Shown here in pieces: positions 44,626-56,037 of a DNA stretch of 64,000 nt. The stretch spans positions 1,426,001-1,490,000 of the forward strand of contig CM026548.1 of assembly GCA_014905635.1 (NCBI GenBank). The letters run 5' to 3'. The translations under genes were made by a program, and so were the position numbers. The notes below the pieces were generated by a model. It made no database searches and was not told the DNA's origin. It saw only the letters and a program-made list of their open reading frames with translations. Origin of the DNA: Scenedesmus sp. PABB004. Taxonomy: Eukaryota. How positions within the stretch are numbered: position 1 is the first letter of the stretch; every line of letters starts with the position of its first letter.

Positions 44626-46722
44626 TCAGGCGGAGGCGCGCTCGAACAGCGCGAGCGTCTCGATGCCGTCGGTGCCGGAAAGAACACGTGCGCCGCCACG
44701 CCCCGCACCGCCCAGCCGCCCGCGAGCAGCGCGTCGGTGTCGCGCGTGAGCGCGGCGAAGCCGCACGACACGTACACCAGCAGCCGAAGCGACGCCGGCG
44801 CCGCGCCGCTCGTGAGCGCGTGCAGCAGCGCGCCGTCGAGGCCGCGCCGGGGCGGGTCCACCACCAGCACCTCCGCGCCGCCGCCGCGCGCCAGCAGCGC
44901 GGCCAGCGCGCGCGCGTCGCCTGCGTCCAGCGTCACGTGGCTCACTGCCGCGGCGGCGGCCTGCGGGGCGGGCCGGCCGCGGTGGCCGCGCTCGGGGCCT
45001 GCCGCAGCCGCGCGCAGCGCGCGCCGCCCCTCCTCCCTCCCCGCTGCGCACCCACCGGGTTGGTCGCCGCGAGGCGGTCGCGGCTGGCGGCAAACGCGGG
45101 CGCGCAGGCGGGGTTGACCTCGCCGCACACCACGCGCGACGCGGCGCCCGACGCTGCGAGGGCGAGGCCGATCACGCCCGCGCCCGCGTACAGCTCCACC
45201 ACGCGCGCGCCGCGCGGCGTGGCCGCCGCGATGGCGGCCAGACAGCGCTGCATGGCCCCGTAATTGGCCTGCGCGGCGCGGCGGTGCGTGAGCGCGTGCG
45301 GCGGGCGGCGGTGCGGTGCGGTGCGCGTGCGAGCGGGCGCGCACCTGCACGAAGCCCCCCGGCGCGAGCGCGACCGGCACGCCGCCAAACTCCTCCCAGC
45401 CGACCTCGGGGCCGTGCAGGCGGCGCCAGTGCTCGCCCAGCACCCGGTTGCTGTCGGCCCCCGGCTGGAAGTTGAGCCACACCGAGTGCAGCAGCGGGGG
45501 CGGCGTCGGCGAGGCCGCGCCGCCGCCACCGGCGCCCGCCTGCAGCCCGGCCTGGCCCAGGCTGACCGCGCCGGGGCTCCGCACGCGAGCAACCGCGCCG
45601 GCGCCCGCGCCGGCTCGCTGCGCACCGCCCCTGCCGGCGGCGGCCGTGGCTGCCTCGGCGCGCGCGCGCAGCGACGCCAGCGCGTCTGCCTGCTGCGGCC
45701 CCGCCTCCGCCCACAGCGCCGCCGCGAGGCGCGCGGCGTCGGCGGCCGAGGCGTGCTCCGGCTCCGACGCCCACACCAGCACCAGCTGCGGCGCGGCGGC
45801 CGGCGCGGCGGACGGCGAGTCGGCCGCTGCGCGCGCGGGGGCCGCCGCGGCGCGCACGCTGCCGCAGCCGCAGCGGGGGTGCTGCGCCCCCCGCGCCCCA
45901 CCTGGATTTGCGCCTGCGCGTCGCCCTCCGCCCGCCCGCCCGGCGTGCTGGGCAGCGCGGTGGCCTGGATGTAGCGCAGACCACCGGCGGCGCCGCCGAC
46001 GCGCGCCGCCGCGGCGCCGCCGCCCTCCGCGTACGGCGGCGTGCGCAGCGCCGCGGCCAGGCGCGACACGAGGCCCGCCGCGTCGTTGATGCGTGGGTGG
46101 TGCGCCCTGCGGCGCGGCGGCGCGGCGGCGCGGCTCGGCGACGCGCCCGCGGGGGTTTGCCGAGGCCGCGCGTGGCGGCGGCGGCGCGCGGCGGCGGCGG
46201 CGCGTACCGGCACTCGGGGATGGCGACGACGTCGTGGGAGCCGGCGGCAAACAGCCCGACCACCGGCGCGCCCGACCGGCCCCGCACGGCAAGCTTTGCG
46301 CGGCACCGCCAGCCCGTGAGCGCACCGGCCACCAGCTCCACGCCGCCGCTGTAGCCGCGGGACGCGAAAAACCGCGCCGCCTCGGCCGCCACCGGCGGCG
46401 CCGCCAGGCCGGTCCGCAGCGTGCAGCCCGGGCACGGCCCGAAGTGCGCGCACCCGAGCTCGTCGTCGGGGTCAGCCGGCGGCACGTGCGCTGCTGGGGC
46501 ACGCGTCACGACTGGGGGGCCCGCCGGCGCCGGGCGGCCGCGGCCGCCGCCGCTGCGGCCGCCGCCACGCCGCTCGGCTCCGCTGCTGCCGCTGCTGCCG
46601 CCGCCGCCGCGGCCGCCGCCGCCGTTGCGCCGCTCCGGTTCGCTGCTGCGAACCCTGCCGCCGCTCTTGCCCTTGGCGCCGGGCGACGCCGACGCCACCG
46701 CGGAGCGCGGGAGGCAGCGCAT
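44626..46722 (-). CDS. RNA (uracil-5)-methyltransferase, RlmD/RumA/TrmA family, likely organellar; apparent 1-nt frameshift near 44676
   Basis: CAHFGPCPGC (Fe-S motif), WRCRAKLAV, FVQ|AN, VVELYAGAG.IG, VVDPPRRGL, YVSC, FFP/GTDGIET. The start codon is uncertain. Confidence 0.85.
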
Positions 46723-47257
46723 GCCTGCCGCTGCGGCGGCCGCCGCCGCTGCGACGGCTGCGTCTGGCGCCTGCTGCTGCCCGCTTGAGAGTTCGATGGC
46801 GACGCTTCAAGCACGCTAGGGGGGCCTGGGCGGGGGTTAAGGGAGCCGTGCGCAGCGCGGCGCACCTCTTGCGCCGCTGCTCGAGCGTGTCGCGGGGGCC
46901 AGCGCAGCGTGTCTGCCTGCAGGCAGCGTGCACCGATCAGCTGCGGCACCGGGCAGCTCCAGCAGCTGCCACGGCGCGGTTCGGTGCCGCGGCGGTTCGA
47001 ACCGCGGCTGAGCCCTGGTCAGAGCGGGGTTGAAGCCGCGGGCCGCGCCTGGCCATTAAACCTTTGCATCCCCCCACACAAAACAAAGCCACACGCGATC
47101 AGACCTTGCACCCGCTACTGAGCTCGTCAACAGAGGCCGTTTGTGCAACCCACCCAGCGCCGGCCAAAATCGCCGCGGCGCGTTCCAGCGGCCCCGGCCA
47201 GCCGATCGGTTCCCCCCCGGTCATCCCACACCGCCCGCGCCCCCGCGCGGCGCGTCA

Positions 47258-50200
47258 CTACTCGCTGTCGAGCTCCGCGCCGGCGCGCGCGGCGGCGCCG
47301 GGCGGCGTCGCCGCGGCCGCGGGCCCGCCCGCCACCGCCGCCGCCGCCCCGCGCGGTCGGGCGAGCCGTCAGGGGGGCAGAAGAACAGAAAGTTGTTGTG
47401 AAGCACCTTGCCGGGCGGCGCGGCGCCGGGCGCGCCGGCGCCGCCGTTGGCGGCGGCGGCCGCGCCGCCGTCGGGCAGCACGCGGCCCGCGGCGCGGCGC
47501 GCGCGCGCGAGCAGCGCCGCCCCGACCGCGGCGGCCGCCGCCGCGAGCGCGCCGATGACGATGCCGGCGACCGCGCCCGGGCCGAGGCGCGCGCGCGCCG
47601 GCGGCGGCGCCGGCTCGCCCTCCGCGCCGCCGGCGAGCAGGCGCGGGGCGAGGCGGCTGCCCGGCGCAATGAGCTCGGCCGCGGGGCGCGCCGCGAGCGC
47701 GGCGAGCTGCGCCGGCGTCGCGCCCGGGGGCGGCACGAACAGCAGCGCCGCGTCGACGCCGCGCCCGCCCGGGGCGGGGCGCACGTCGCGCACGACCACG
47801 TGCGACAGGCGCAGCGCGCCGTCGGGGCCGGCCAGGCTCGGCCCACTCCACGCGCCCGCCGCGCCCGCGAGGAAGGCGCGCGCGAGGGCGGCGCGGAACT
47901 CGGCCTCGCGCGCGGCGCTCATCTCGAGCGTGGCCCAGTCGAGGTCAAAGGAAAAGTCAAACGCCTGCCCCGGCCCCCCGCCCGCCGGCAGCGGCGCGTC
48001 GCTGAACGCGCCCGGCAGCTCGCCGCCGCCGCCGGTGCCGGCGGCGGCCGCGCGCGGCGCCGCCGCGCCGCCGGCGGCCGCGCCGGCGGCCGCGGCGCTC
48101 GCGGCGCCGGCGGGCCACTGGGCGATGAGGTAGAGTCCCTGTGCCTCGGCGGCGCACTCGGCGACAAACTGGGGGGCCCTGCCCGCGGCACTGGGCACGC
48201 GGGTGATGTTGGCGACGGGGAAGGACCGCACAGCGCTCAGCGCCGCGCCGCCGGCCGGCGCGGGGGCAAGCTGCACGCAGTCGTGCGACTTGGACGCGTC
48301 AAACGCGGCGCCCAGCGGCAGGCGCAGCACCGCGGCGCAGCCGGGCGGCGGCGCGCCGCCCGCGCCCGCGCGCGCGGGCGGGCAGAAGCTGTTGGCCCCG
48401 GGGCCGGTGAAGTTGAGCGTGACGTTGGCGACGCCTGCGGGCGGCGCGGCGGGGCGTTGGCAACGGGGGTTTAGGCGCCGCCGGGCTCGCGCGCGCGGGA
48501 GCGGGCGGGGTCGGGGGCCGGGGGCCGGGCGCGGGGGCCACACCCGACACGGGCAGCGCGTCGATGTCGCGATCGGCGGGCAGCAGCGCCGCGCCCTCCG
48601 CCACCGCGGCCGTGACCAGGCCCGCGAGCGCGCCCTGGGGCGAGTAGTAGCTCGCCAGCAGCAGCAGCGGCCCGGCGGAGCACCCCGCGTCGGCGGCGCA
48701 CGCCGCCGACAGGCGGGCGGGCAGCGCAATCTGCGCGGGCGGCGGGGGCGCGGCGAGTGGGCGGGCGGCGCGCGGCAGCCAGCCGCTGGCGCCGGCGGGC
48801 GGCACAGCCCGGGGGCCCGCAGAGCACAGGCCCGGCGCGCGCACCTCGGCAGCGGCGTCCTGGCCGAGGCAGTCCAGGCGCACGACGTGGCCGCTGGCCG
48901 CAGCCACGGGCAGCAGCGCAGGCGCGACGCACAGGCCGGCGCCGCCGGCGGCCGCCGCGGGGGCGCCGAGCGCGACCTGCTGCAGCGACGCCAGCAGGAG
49001 CGCGCCCTCCGCGGTCTGGTCGAGCGCCTCGCCGGCGGCCATGCCGGCGCCGCCGGCCGGGGCGGCCGCCGGCAGCGCAGCGCCACTGACGAGGCTGCTG
49101 GGGTGGCCGCCGAGCGCCTGCGCCACCGCGGCGCTGTCCTCCTGGCTCAGCTGCCCCTCCTCCAGCAGCGCGCGCCGGCGACTGGGCAGCGCCTCGTCGC
49201 CGGGCTGGGCCGCGCCGCCCTGCGGGCCGGCGTCGCTCCGCGCCGGCGCGGCCGCGGCGGCCGCGAGGCCGAGCGCCAGCGCGTCGGCAAAGTCCTTGCT
49301 CTGCTGCGCGTTGAGCGGCCGCGCCGCCGCAATGTTGGCCTGCGCGGTGGCCCTGCGGGCGTCGCGCGCCGCGCCGGCGCCGGTGTGAGCGTCGGCGCGG
49401 GGCCGCAGCGGCATGCGCCCCGGCAGCCCCCGCTCCGCGTCCACCGCGCCCCCGGTGCCCCGCCCGCACCTGACCAGGCCCACGAGCGCGCGCCCCGCGG
49501 TGGCGTTGACCGCGCTGGTGCGCGCGAGGCTCGCCGCCGCGCCGAGCAGGCCGTTGAGCGCCTCGGCGTCGCCCGGCAGCGCGCCCGGCGCGCCGCCCGC
49601 GGCCGCGAGCGCGAGCAGCAGTGCGTTGCTCGCGTCGCGCAGCACCGGCGCGTGCGCGAGCGGCGGCGGGCCCGACCCGCCCGCGCCGCCCGCGGCGCCC
49701 GCGCCGTCGACCAGGTGCGCGCCGCCGGGGCCGCTGGGCCCGCCGCCGAGGTTGCCGAGGCCGAGCGCGCCGAGGCCCTCGAACAGACCGCCCAGGAAGC
49801 CGCTGACCGCGTCCGTCGCGCTGTAGGTCAACATGTTGGCCACCTGACGCACACGTGACGCACGCGTGACGGCGCGCGGCGTGGCGGCGCGCGCGCGGGC
49901 GGCAGCCGTGAGCTCTCACAATGAGGAGCGCGCGCGGGCGGCAGCCGTGAGATAGAGGGGCGCGCGCGCGCAGCGGGGCAGGCGCAGGCGCAGCCGCCCA
50001 CACCTGCATCGCCGCGTCGACGAGGCCGCCGCTGTCGGCCGCAAAGTTGGTGCCGTTGGGCCCAAAGTTGAGCTCCAGGCGGAACAGGTCATCGTCGCCG
50101 CTCAGCGCAGAGCCCAGCGCGGAGCCGAGGCCGCCGCCGACGGCGCCGCCAGGCGCGGGCGCGCCGCCGGGGCCGCGCGGCGGCGGCGGCGCGACGGTGA

Positions 50201-53200
50201 CGTCCGACTGCGCGCACGTGCGCGCGCCGCCGGCGTCGATGGCGCACACGTAGAGCGTGGCGGCGCCGGGGAGGAGGCCGGAGAAGGTGTGCGCCGTGGA
50301 CGGCCCGCTGGCCTGCGGCGAGCGGCCGAGCAGGCCGACGGTGCCCCACTCATAGGTGAGCGGCTCGCTGTCGGGGTCGGCCCACGCGGTGGTCCAGGCG
50401 TTGAACTTGGCGTTCGGGAAGGTGCCGGCGCTGCTGTCGAGCAGCAGGCAGGTGGAGAGCGGCTCCGCGGAGCAGTAGGGCGGCGAGTTGAGGGGCACGC
50501 TGATGCTGGTCGTGCCGGTCGACGCAGCGCCCGTCTGCGCGGCGGCGGCGGCATGCGCGCCGTCGGGCGGCGTTTGATCGCAGCGCGCCCGGCGCGCACG
50601 GGCCAGAGAGGCTGGCGACCGGGCGGCGGGCCCGCCCCGCGGCCCCGCGCCCCCGCGCGCGCACCGCGGGGTCGCGCGTGGTGAGGTTGGCGTTGACCCG
50701 CACCACGCCGCCGCGCGGCAGCGCCGCCGGCAGCAGCGTGATGCTCGGCCCGTGCACGCCCTCGGCGGTGGTGTGAGAGTTGAGCCGCAGCCCCGGCTCC
50801 GCGGCGGCGTCGGCCCACCACGTGACCTCGGCGCCGGCGTAGGCCGGGTCCGGCGTGACCACCAGCGTGAGCGGCTCGCTCGGGTTGTGCCGCGCGGGGC
50901 ACGGCGCCGGGCCGCCGCTGCGGCGGTCGAGGCCGCAGCTGCGCGAGACCTGGCCGCTCGGCAGCGGGTGCGCGCTCGGGACGAAGCTGCGGCTCGCGCT
51001 CGCGTTGCGGCCGCCCTTGGCGATCGTCAGCGTGACCGTGTGCCGCGCGTCGGGCTCGAGCTGCGGGCGGCGCGCGCCGGGAGGCAAGTCGGCGCCGGGC
51101 GGCGGCCGCCGCGGGCCGGCCGGGCGGCCCGGCCGCTCGCAGGCCACGCGCCGCGCCGCGCCGCGCGCACCGTGGCGGGGTCGATGGTCCATGTGCCGTC
51201 TGCCTCCGCCCCGAAGCAGGGGCTGCGGTCGACCTCGTTGACGCACGACCAGAGGCGGCTCATGCTGCCCGCCGCGTTGCTGGGGTCATCGGGGTCGACC
51301 GACCCGCGCGCGTCCCAGGTCAGGTTGCCGCCCGCGCTGGGCACGCTGCCGCTCGGGCCCGCGAGCGAGAGCGAGAGCGGCGCGCCGACCGCGCGCAGCG
51401 TGACCGTCTCGGCCGTCGCCGCGCTGCTGCCCTCGTAGCGCGTGGTGAGGGTGACGTTGTAGTCCTGACAGTGTGCGTGATGTGAGTGTGAGACACAGTG
51501 TGTGTGAGCGTGAGACAGTGTGTGAGACAGTGTGTATGTGTGTGTGTTGGGGGGGGGGGGGGCTGTCAGGCGAGAGCACGCGCGTGGCGGGGCGCGGCCG
51601 AGGGCGCCTCGGCGGCGCGGCGTGCCGTCTGGCGCCCGCCCGCCCGCGCTCGCGCTTGCGCTTGCGCGCACCCGGCCGGGCTCGACGTGGCCCAGGAGCT
51701 GGCTGGAGGCGAGCACGAGCGTGGGCCCGCGGAAGCCGGACAGGCTGACCCCGGGATGTCGCTGCTCCACTCCCACACCTGCGCGGGCACGTGCGCGCGA
51801 CCGGGGTGAGCCGGCGGCGGCGGGGCCGGGCACGCCGCGCGCCGTGCGCTGCGTGCGCCGCGCCGCGCGCCGCGTTCGTGCCTGGCGCGACGCGAGCGCG
51901 GTGCAGTTGCTGGGCAGGGGCCGCGCGGCGAGGCGGAAGCCTGTTGAGGGGTAGAACTGGCTGACGCCGCGCTCCATGGCAAACAGTGGCGCCGCGGTGC
52001 TGTTGGCCTTGAGCGTGGTGAGGCGGGAGACGGACGTCTCGTTGAACGCGTTGGTCACGGTCACCGCCAGGGTGATGGGGCCCGCCGGCAGCGCCGGCAG
52101 CGCCGACAGCGGCACCAGCAGGCTCTGCCGGTCCCTGCGGGGGAGGGGGGTGGGGCGTGCGGGGGGGGGGGTGGGCGAGAGGAGTGCGGCGGCCGGCGGC
52201 GCGTGCGGCGTGGCGCCAGTGCCGGCGCGGCGTGTGCGGCGCGTGCCGCGGGGCGCCGCACCAGACGTCACGATTGTTGACCGCGTCCAGCAGCTCCTGC
52301 AGCGCTGGCAAGCCCGTCGGCTCCTCCGCGGCCCAGGTGAGGTTGGAAACCATCCACAGCGCCTCGCTCGGCAGCGTGGCGGTGAAGGTGAACGCGTCGG
52401 GCCCGCCCGCGAGCGGGGAGGGCCAGGCGGCGGGGGTGATGGTGAGGCTGAAGTTGAACGACGCCGACGACCCGCTGCGCACGCTCGTCCAGCCGGGCGG
52501 GTCGGACGGCGGCGCCGCGGGCGCGTCGCCGCAGGGCAGCGAGATCTCGGCAGGGCCCTGCGTGTGGTGCAGCGGTGTGTGCGTGTGTGTGTGTGGAGAG
52601 GGGGGGGGGGGGGCAGAGCGGGCGCCCGGCGCGCTCGGCCGGCGCGCTCAGCCGCCCGCCGCCTGCACCGCGCCGCGCCGCCGCCCACCTTGAGCTGCAC
52701 CGCCACGGCGCTAGCGGAGCAGTTGGCGCAGCCCGCCACGGTCGGCAGCGCGCCGCGGAAGACGGCCGACGCGGGCGCGGACGCGGCCTTGGCCGCCGCG
52801 GCGAGGAGGCCGTTGGCGGCGCTGATGTTGAGGCCCGGCCCGCCGGGGCGCACGCGGACGTCGCCGGCGAGGGTGATGGTCAGCACGTCGCCGGCCGCGC
52901 GGCAGCGGCTGAACGCGCCGAGGCGCAGCGCGGTGGGTGAGTCAAAGATGAATGCGCACAGCGCGTCCACCGGCGCGGCGGCCTGGTTGAGCAGGACCTG
53001 TGGGCAGGGAGAGAGGTAGGAGGGGCGGGGGGAGGGTCAGGTGTTGGGCGCCAGGTGGAGCGGGGCAGCGCGGCGGCGCAGCGCCGCGGGGCGGCGGGGC
53101 TCAGAATTTGTGCGCGCGCGGCGCGCGCCTTGATCGTCGCGCCGTCGTCCGAGAAGGACGCGCTGACCATGCGCGGCGCGGGGGGCAGGCACATCGCGGG

Positions 53201-55307
53201 GCACGCGACCAGGCGCAGCGGGCTGCGCGGGTCAGGCTCCGAGCTGAACGCGACGCGCGGGCGCGACCCGTCGCCGCCGCCGCCGCCGAGGCTGATGCTC
53301 AGCGCGCCGCCGAGCGCGCCCAGGTCGAACGTGCTCGCGCCCGCCAGGCGGCGCCCGGGCGCGGCGGGGGCGCCGGCGGCGGCGCTGGCGGGCGCGCTGG
53401 GGTCGCAGGTGAACATGGTGCAGGGGAAGTCAGGCACGCGGCACTCCTCGCCGGCACCGCACGCTGCAATCCACGAGCGGCGGCGCCAGGGCGGCGGCTT
53501 GTGTGAGCACGGCGCGGCTGACGCCGCGCGCGCGACAGCGGCGGCGCGGCCGCACCGTCGGTCGTGTTGACGCTGCAGGGCCGCACGCGCAGGCGGCTCT
53601 CCTCCACCGCCTGGGCGATGTCCGGCCGCGCGCAGGTGTCGACGCACGCGCCCGCCGCGATGCACCTGGGCGGTGGCGGCGCGGGGCGGGGCGGCGGCGC
53701 GCGTGCGCGGTCAGCCATGCACGCGCCGCGCAGCCGCGCGTGCTCGCGCCGCCCCTCACGTGTCCAGGCCGGTCGCGGGGTCGCAGCTTGGCTTGCACGC
53801 GGGCTGGCTGAACGCGTCGCACGCGAGGCCGGCGGGGCAGTCCGCCGCGGTGAGGCACTGACCCGCCGGCAGCGACGCGCCGCCGTCGGTGCCGCCGGGC
53901 GCGGCGTCGACGGTGAGCGGGGCGAGGCCGGTCGGGCTGCACAGGTTCAGGGCCTGGGCGGCCGCGCCAGCCGCGCCCGCGCCGGTCGCGCCGGCCGCGC
54001 CGCGGCGGGCGCGGCGGCGGAGCCGGTGGCGTTGCCGGCGGCGGGCAGGCGGCAGGAGGCGTGGCACATGCCGAGGCGCGAGCAGAGCGCGCCGGGGCGC
54101 TGCAGCAGGCCGGGGGAGCGCGCGGTGTCGGCGATGATGGCGTCGCAGCCGGGGCCGATGAGCCCCTCCAGCGTCGCGTCCACGCCCAGCGCGGTGGAGA
54201 GGCAGAAGCCCTGCCGCCCCGCCCCGCGCGGCGGCGGTCGCCAGCTCAGCGTCGAGCGGTGGAGGGGCATGCGGGGGGGGGGGGGGGGCAGAGCGGCTGC
54301 GCGCGCCTGGGGGAGGGGAGGCGAACCTAAACCCTGCCCGGCTCACCTTGAAGAAGGAGACCGCCTCGGCCCGGCCGCGCTCGTCGCCGGCATCGTTGAG
54401 GCCCCGCAGCATCTTGGGCAGTGAGGCAAAGCCGGCGGTGGCCTCGAGGCAGCGCCAGCACGTGGCGCACATGCCCCTGCGGCGCGCGCGCGGGCGGGCC
54501 GGCCGGCCGTCAGCACCATGCGCGCGCGGTGACGGCGCGGGCCGCTGCGCCCCGGCCCGCGCGGTGCGCGCGCGCCTGCACGTGTGCACCGAGGTGCACT
54601 CATAGCTGCTCGCGCAGGCCGCCTGGTCGGTGATGGACGCGCACGGGTGCCGCGCCGCCTCGAGCGCGCACGCCTGGGTCGCGTCGTCAAACCTGGCGCC
54701 GCGCGCGCGGCGGCGCGGCGCACGGTCAGGCGGCCGGCCCCTCGGACAGCGGCGGCGCTGCGCCACCGGTGGCCAGCGCGCGCGCACCTGCAGAAGCGCC
54801 CGCGCGCGCGGCACGCGGCGCGGCCGTTTGCGTGGCGGCAGGGGTCGTCGACCGGCACGCACGACACCTGGCTGCGGCAGCCCTTGTTGCGCGCCTCCGT
54901 GGACATGCAGTCGGCGGGGCTGGCGCTGTAGCCGCAGCAGGCCTCGTCGCCGGCGGTGCAGTACGCCGCGCCGGGGCCGCCCGCGCGACGCGCGCGCGCC
55001 GCGGGCGTGGCCGGCGCGGCGCCGATCGCCTCGAGCGTGCCTGCCGGGTGGGAGGAGTTGAGCATCAGGTGTGGGCACGCTGGCAGGAGGCGGTGCCGGC
55101 CCCCGCGGCGGCGCCGGCAGTTTCGGCGGCAGCTGCCGCGACCAACGGCGTCGCCGCGGCGCCCGCTGTCCGCCGAGCCGCGCGGGCGCGCGTGGAGCTG
55201 CGCGGCAGTCGATCCAGCGCACCTGCATCGCCGTAGCGCTGCGCCGACGCCGCGCCGAGCAGTGCCAGGAGGAGGCCAACCGCCCAGGTGGCGGTTGCGC
55301 TCGCCAT
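47258..55307 (-). CDS. Large type I membrane protein: signal peptide, Cys-rich and saposin-like region, REJ (PKD1-like) domain, single C-terminal TM; two apparent frameshifts (~54000, ~47348)
   Basis: MASATATWAVGLLLALLGAASA; CATCWRC...PGALCSRLGMC; LTWDARGSVDPDD...LWSC; NSPP.C; W.DPDSEPLTYEWG; LYVCAIDAGGA; TM GAVAGIVIGALAAAAAAVGAALLARARR. Confidence 0.75.
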
Positions 55308-55777
55308 TGCGGCGGGGAGGCGCTCGGGGCCCAGCGGCGGCACCGAGCTCACGGAAACTGCACTAGCGGACGCACCAGGCCTCCCAGCGCTTGGCAGCGC
55401 TGCCGGATGGGCGAGCGTGGGCAGCCGCTGCGGCGCGGCCGGCCGGGTGTGCGATAACAATCCGCGGCGCTTCGCAGGCGCGATAGGTTGTTGTCACAAC
55501 GCTCACGCAGCGCGCGGCGGTGTTGCCGCACGCGGCCGAGCCCAGCTGGAGCGGACGTCCCGCCGCCCGCCCGCCCGCCACACTTCCGCGTGGCGCATAC
55601 ATCATCAATGCTTGCAAGCTGCGCGCAGCCGTCCGCTGCCACCCTGCGTCCAGGCATCCTGCGGCCAGCCGCGGCGCAGCGCCCGCACAGGCAGGCGCTG
55701 CGCGCGAAGCGTGGCGTCATCCCGCCGCCGCGCGCGTGCGGCGCGGCGCGTCCGTCAATCAATGATGGGGTCGCTGC

Positions 55778-55809
55778 TGAGTGAGTGAGTGAGTGAGTGA
55801 GTGAGTGAG
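55778..55809 (+). repeat. (TGAG)8 microsatellite
   Basis: Directly visible, about 60 bp downstream of the stop at 55872. Confidence 0.9.
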
Positions 55810-55871
55810 CACTTCTTCGTCAGCCGCAAGGTGCGCGCAAAGCAGGTCGAGGGTCAAAAGGACATGCGGCC

Positions 55872-56005
55872 TCAGTACTTCCACTTGGCCGTCGTGCTCC
55901 GCACGCACGTGCGGCGCTGGCCCGCCTGGCCCCCGAGCGGCTGCACGCCCGCCGTGCCGCGCGCAAAGGCCTCATACATAGAAGCAACCCAAAGCTGCAC
56001 GCCCG

Positions 56006-56037
<32 letters not shown>

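Noticed and set aside
49890..49970. Short direct repeat (gcgcgggcggcagccgtgag x2) in an intron of the REJ gene
   Set aside because: Only two copies, with no terminal inverted repeats or target-site duplication; an ordinary local duplication.
41531..55307. Pseudogene or programmed-frameshift calls for GCS, the m5U methyltransferase and the REJ protein
   Set aside because: Catalytic motifs and splice sites are intact, there is no shared slippery motif, and the indels sit in G/C runs typical of sequencing error.
55812..55826. CTGACGA hammerhead-core-like motif on the minus strand
   Set aside because: There is no downstream stem II and GAAA, so the catalytic core cannot be completed.
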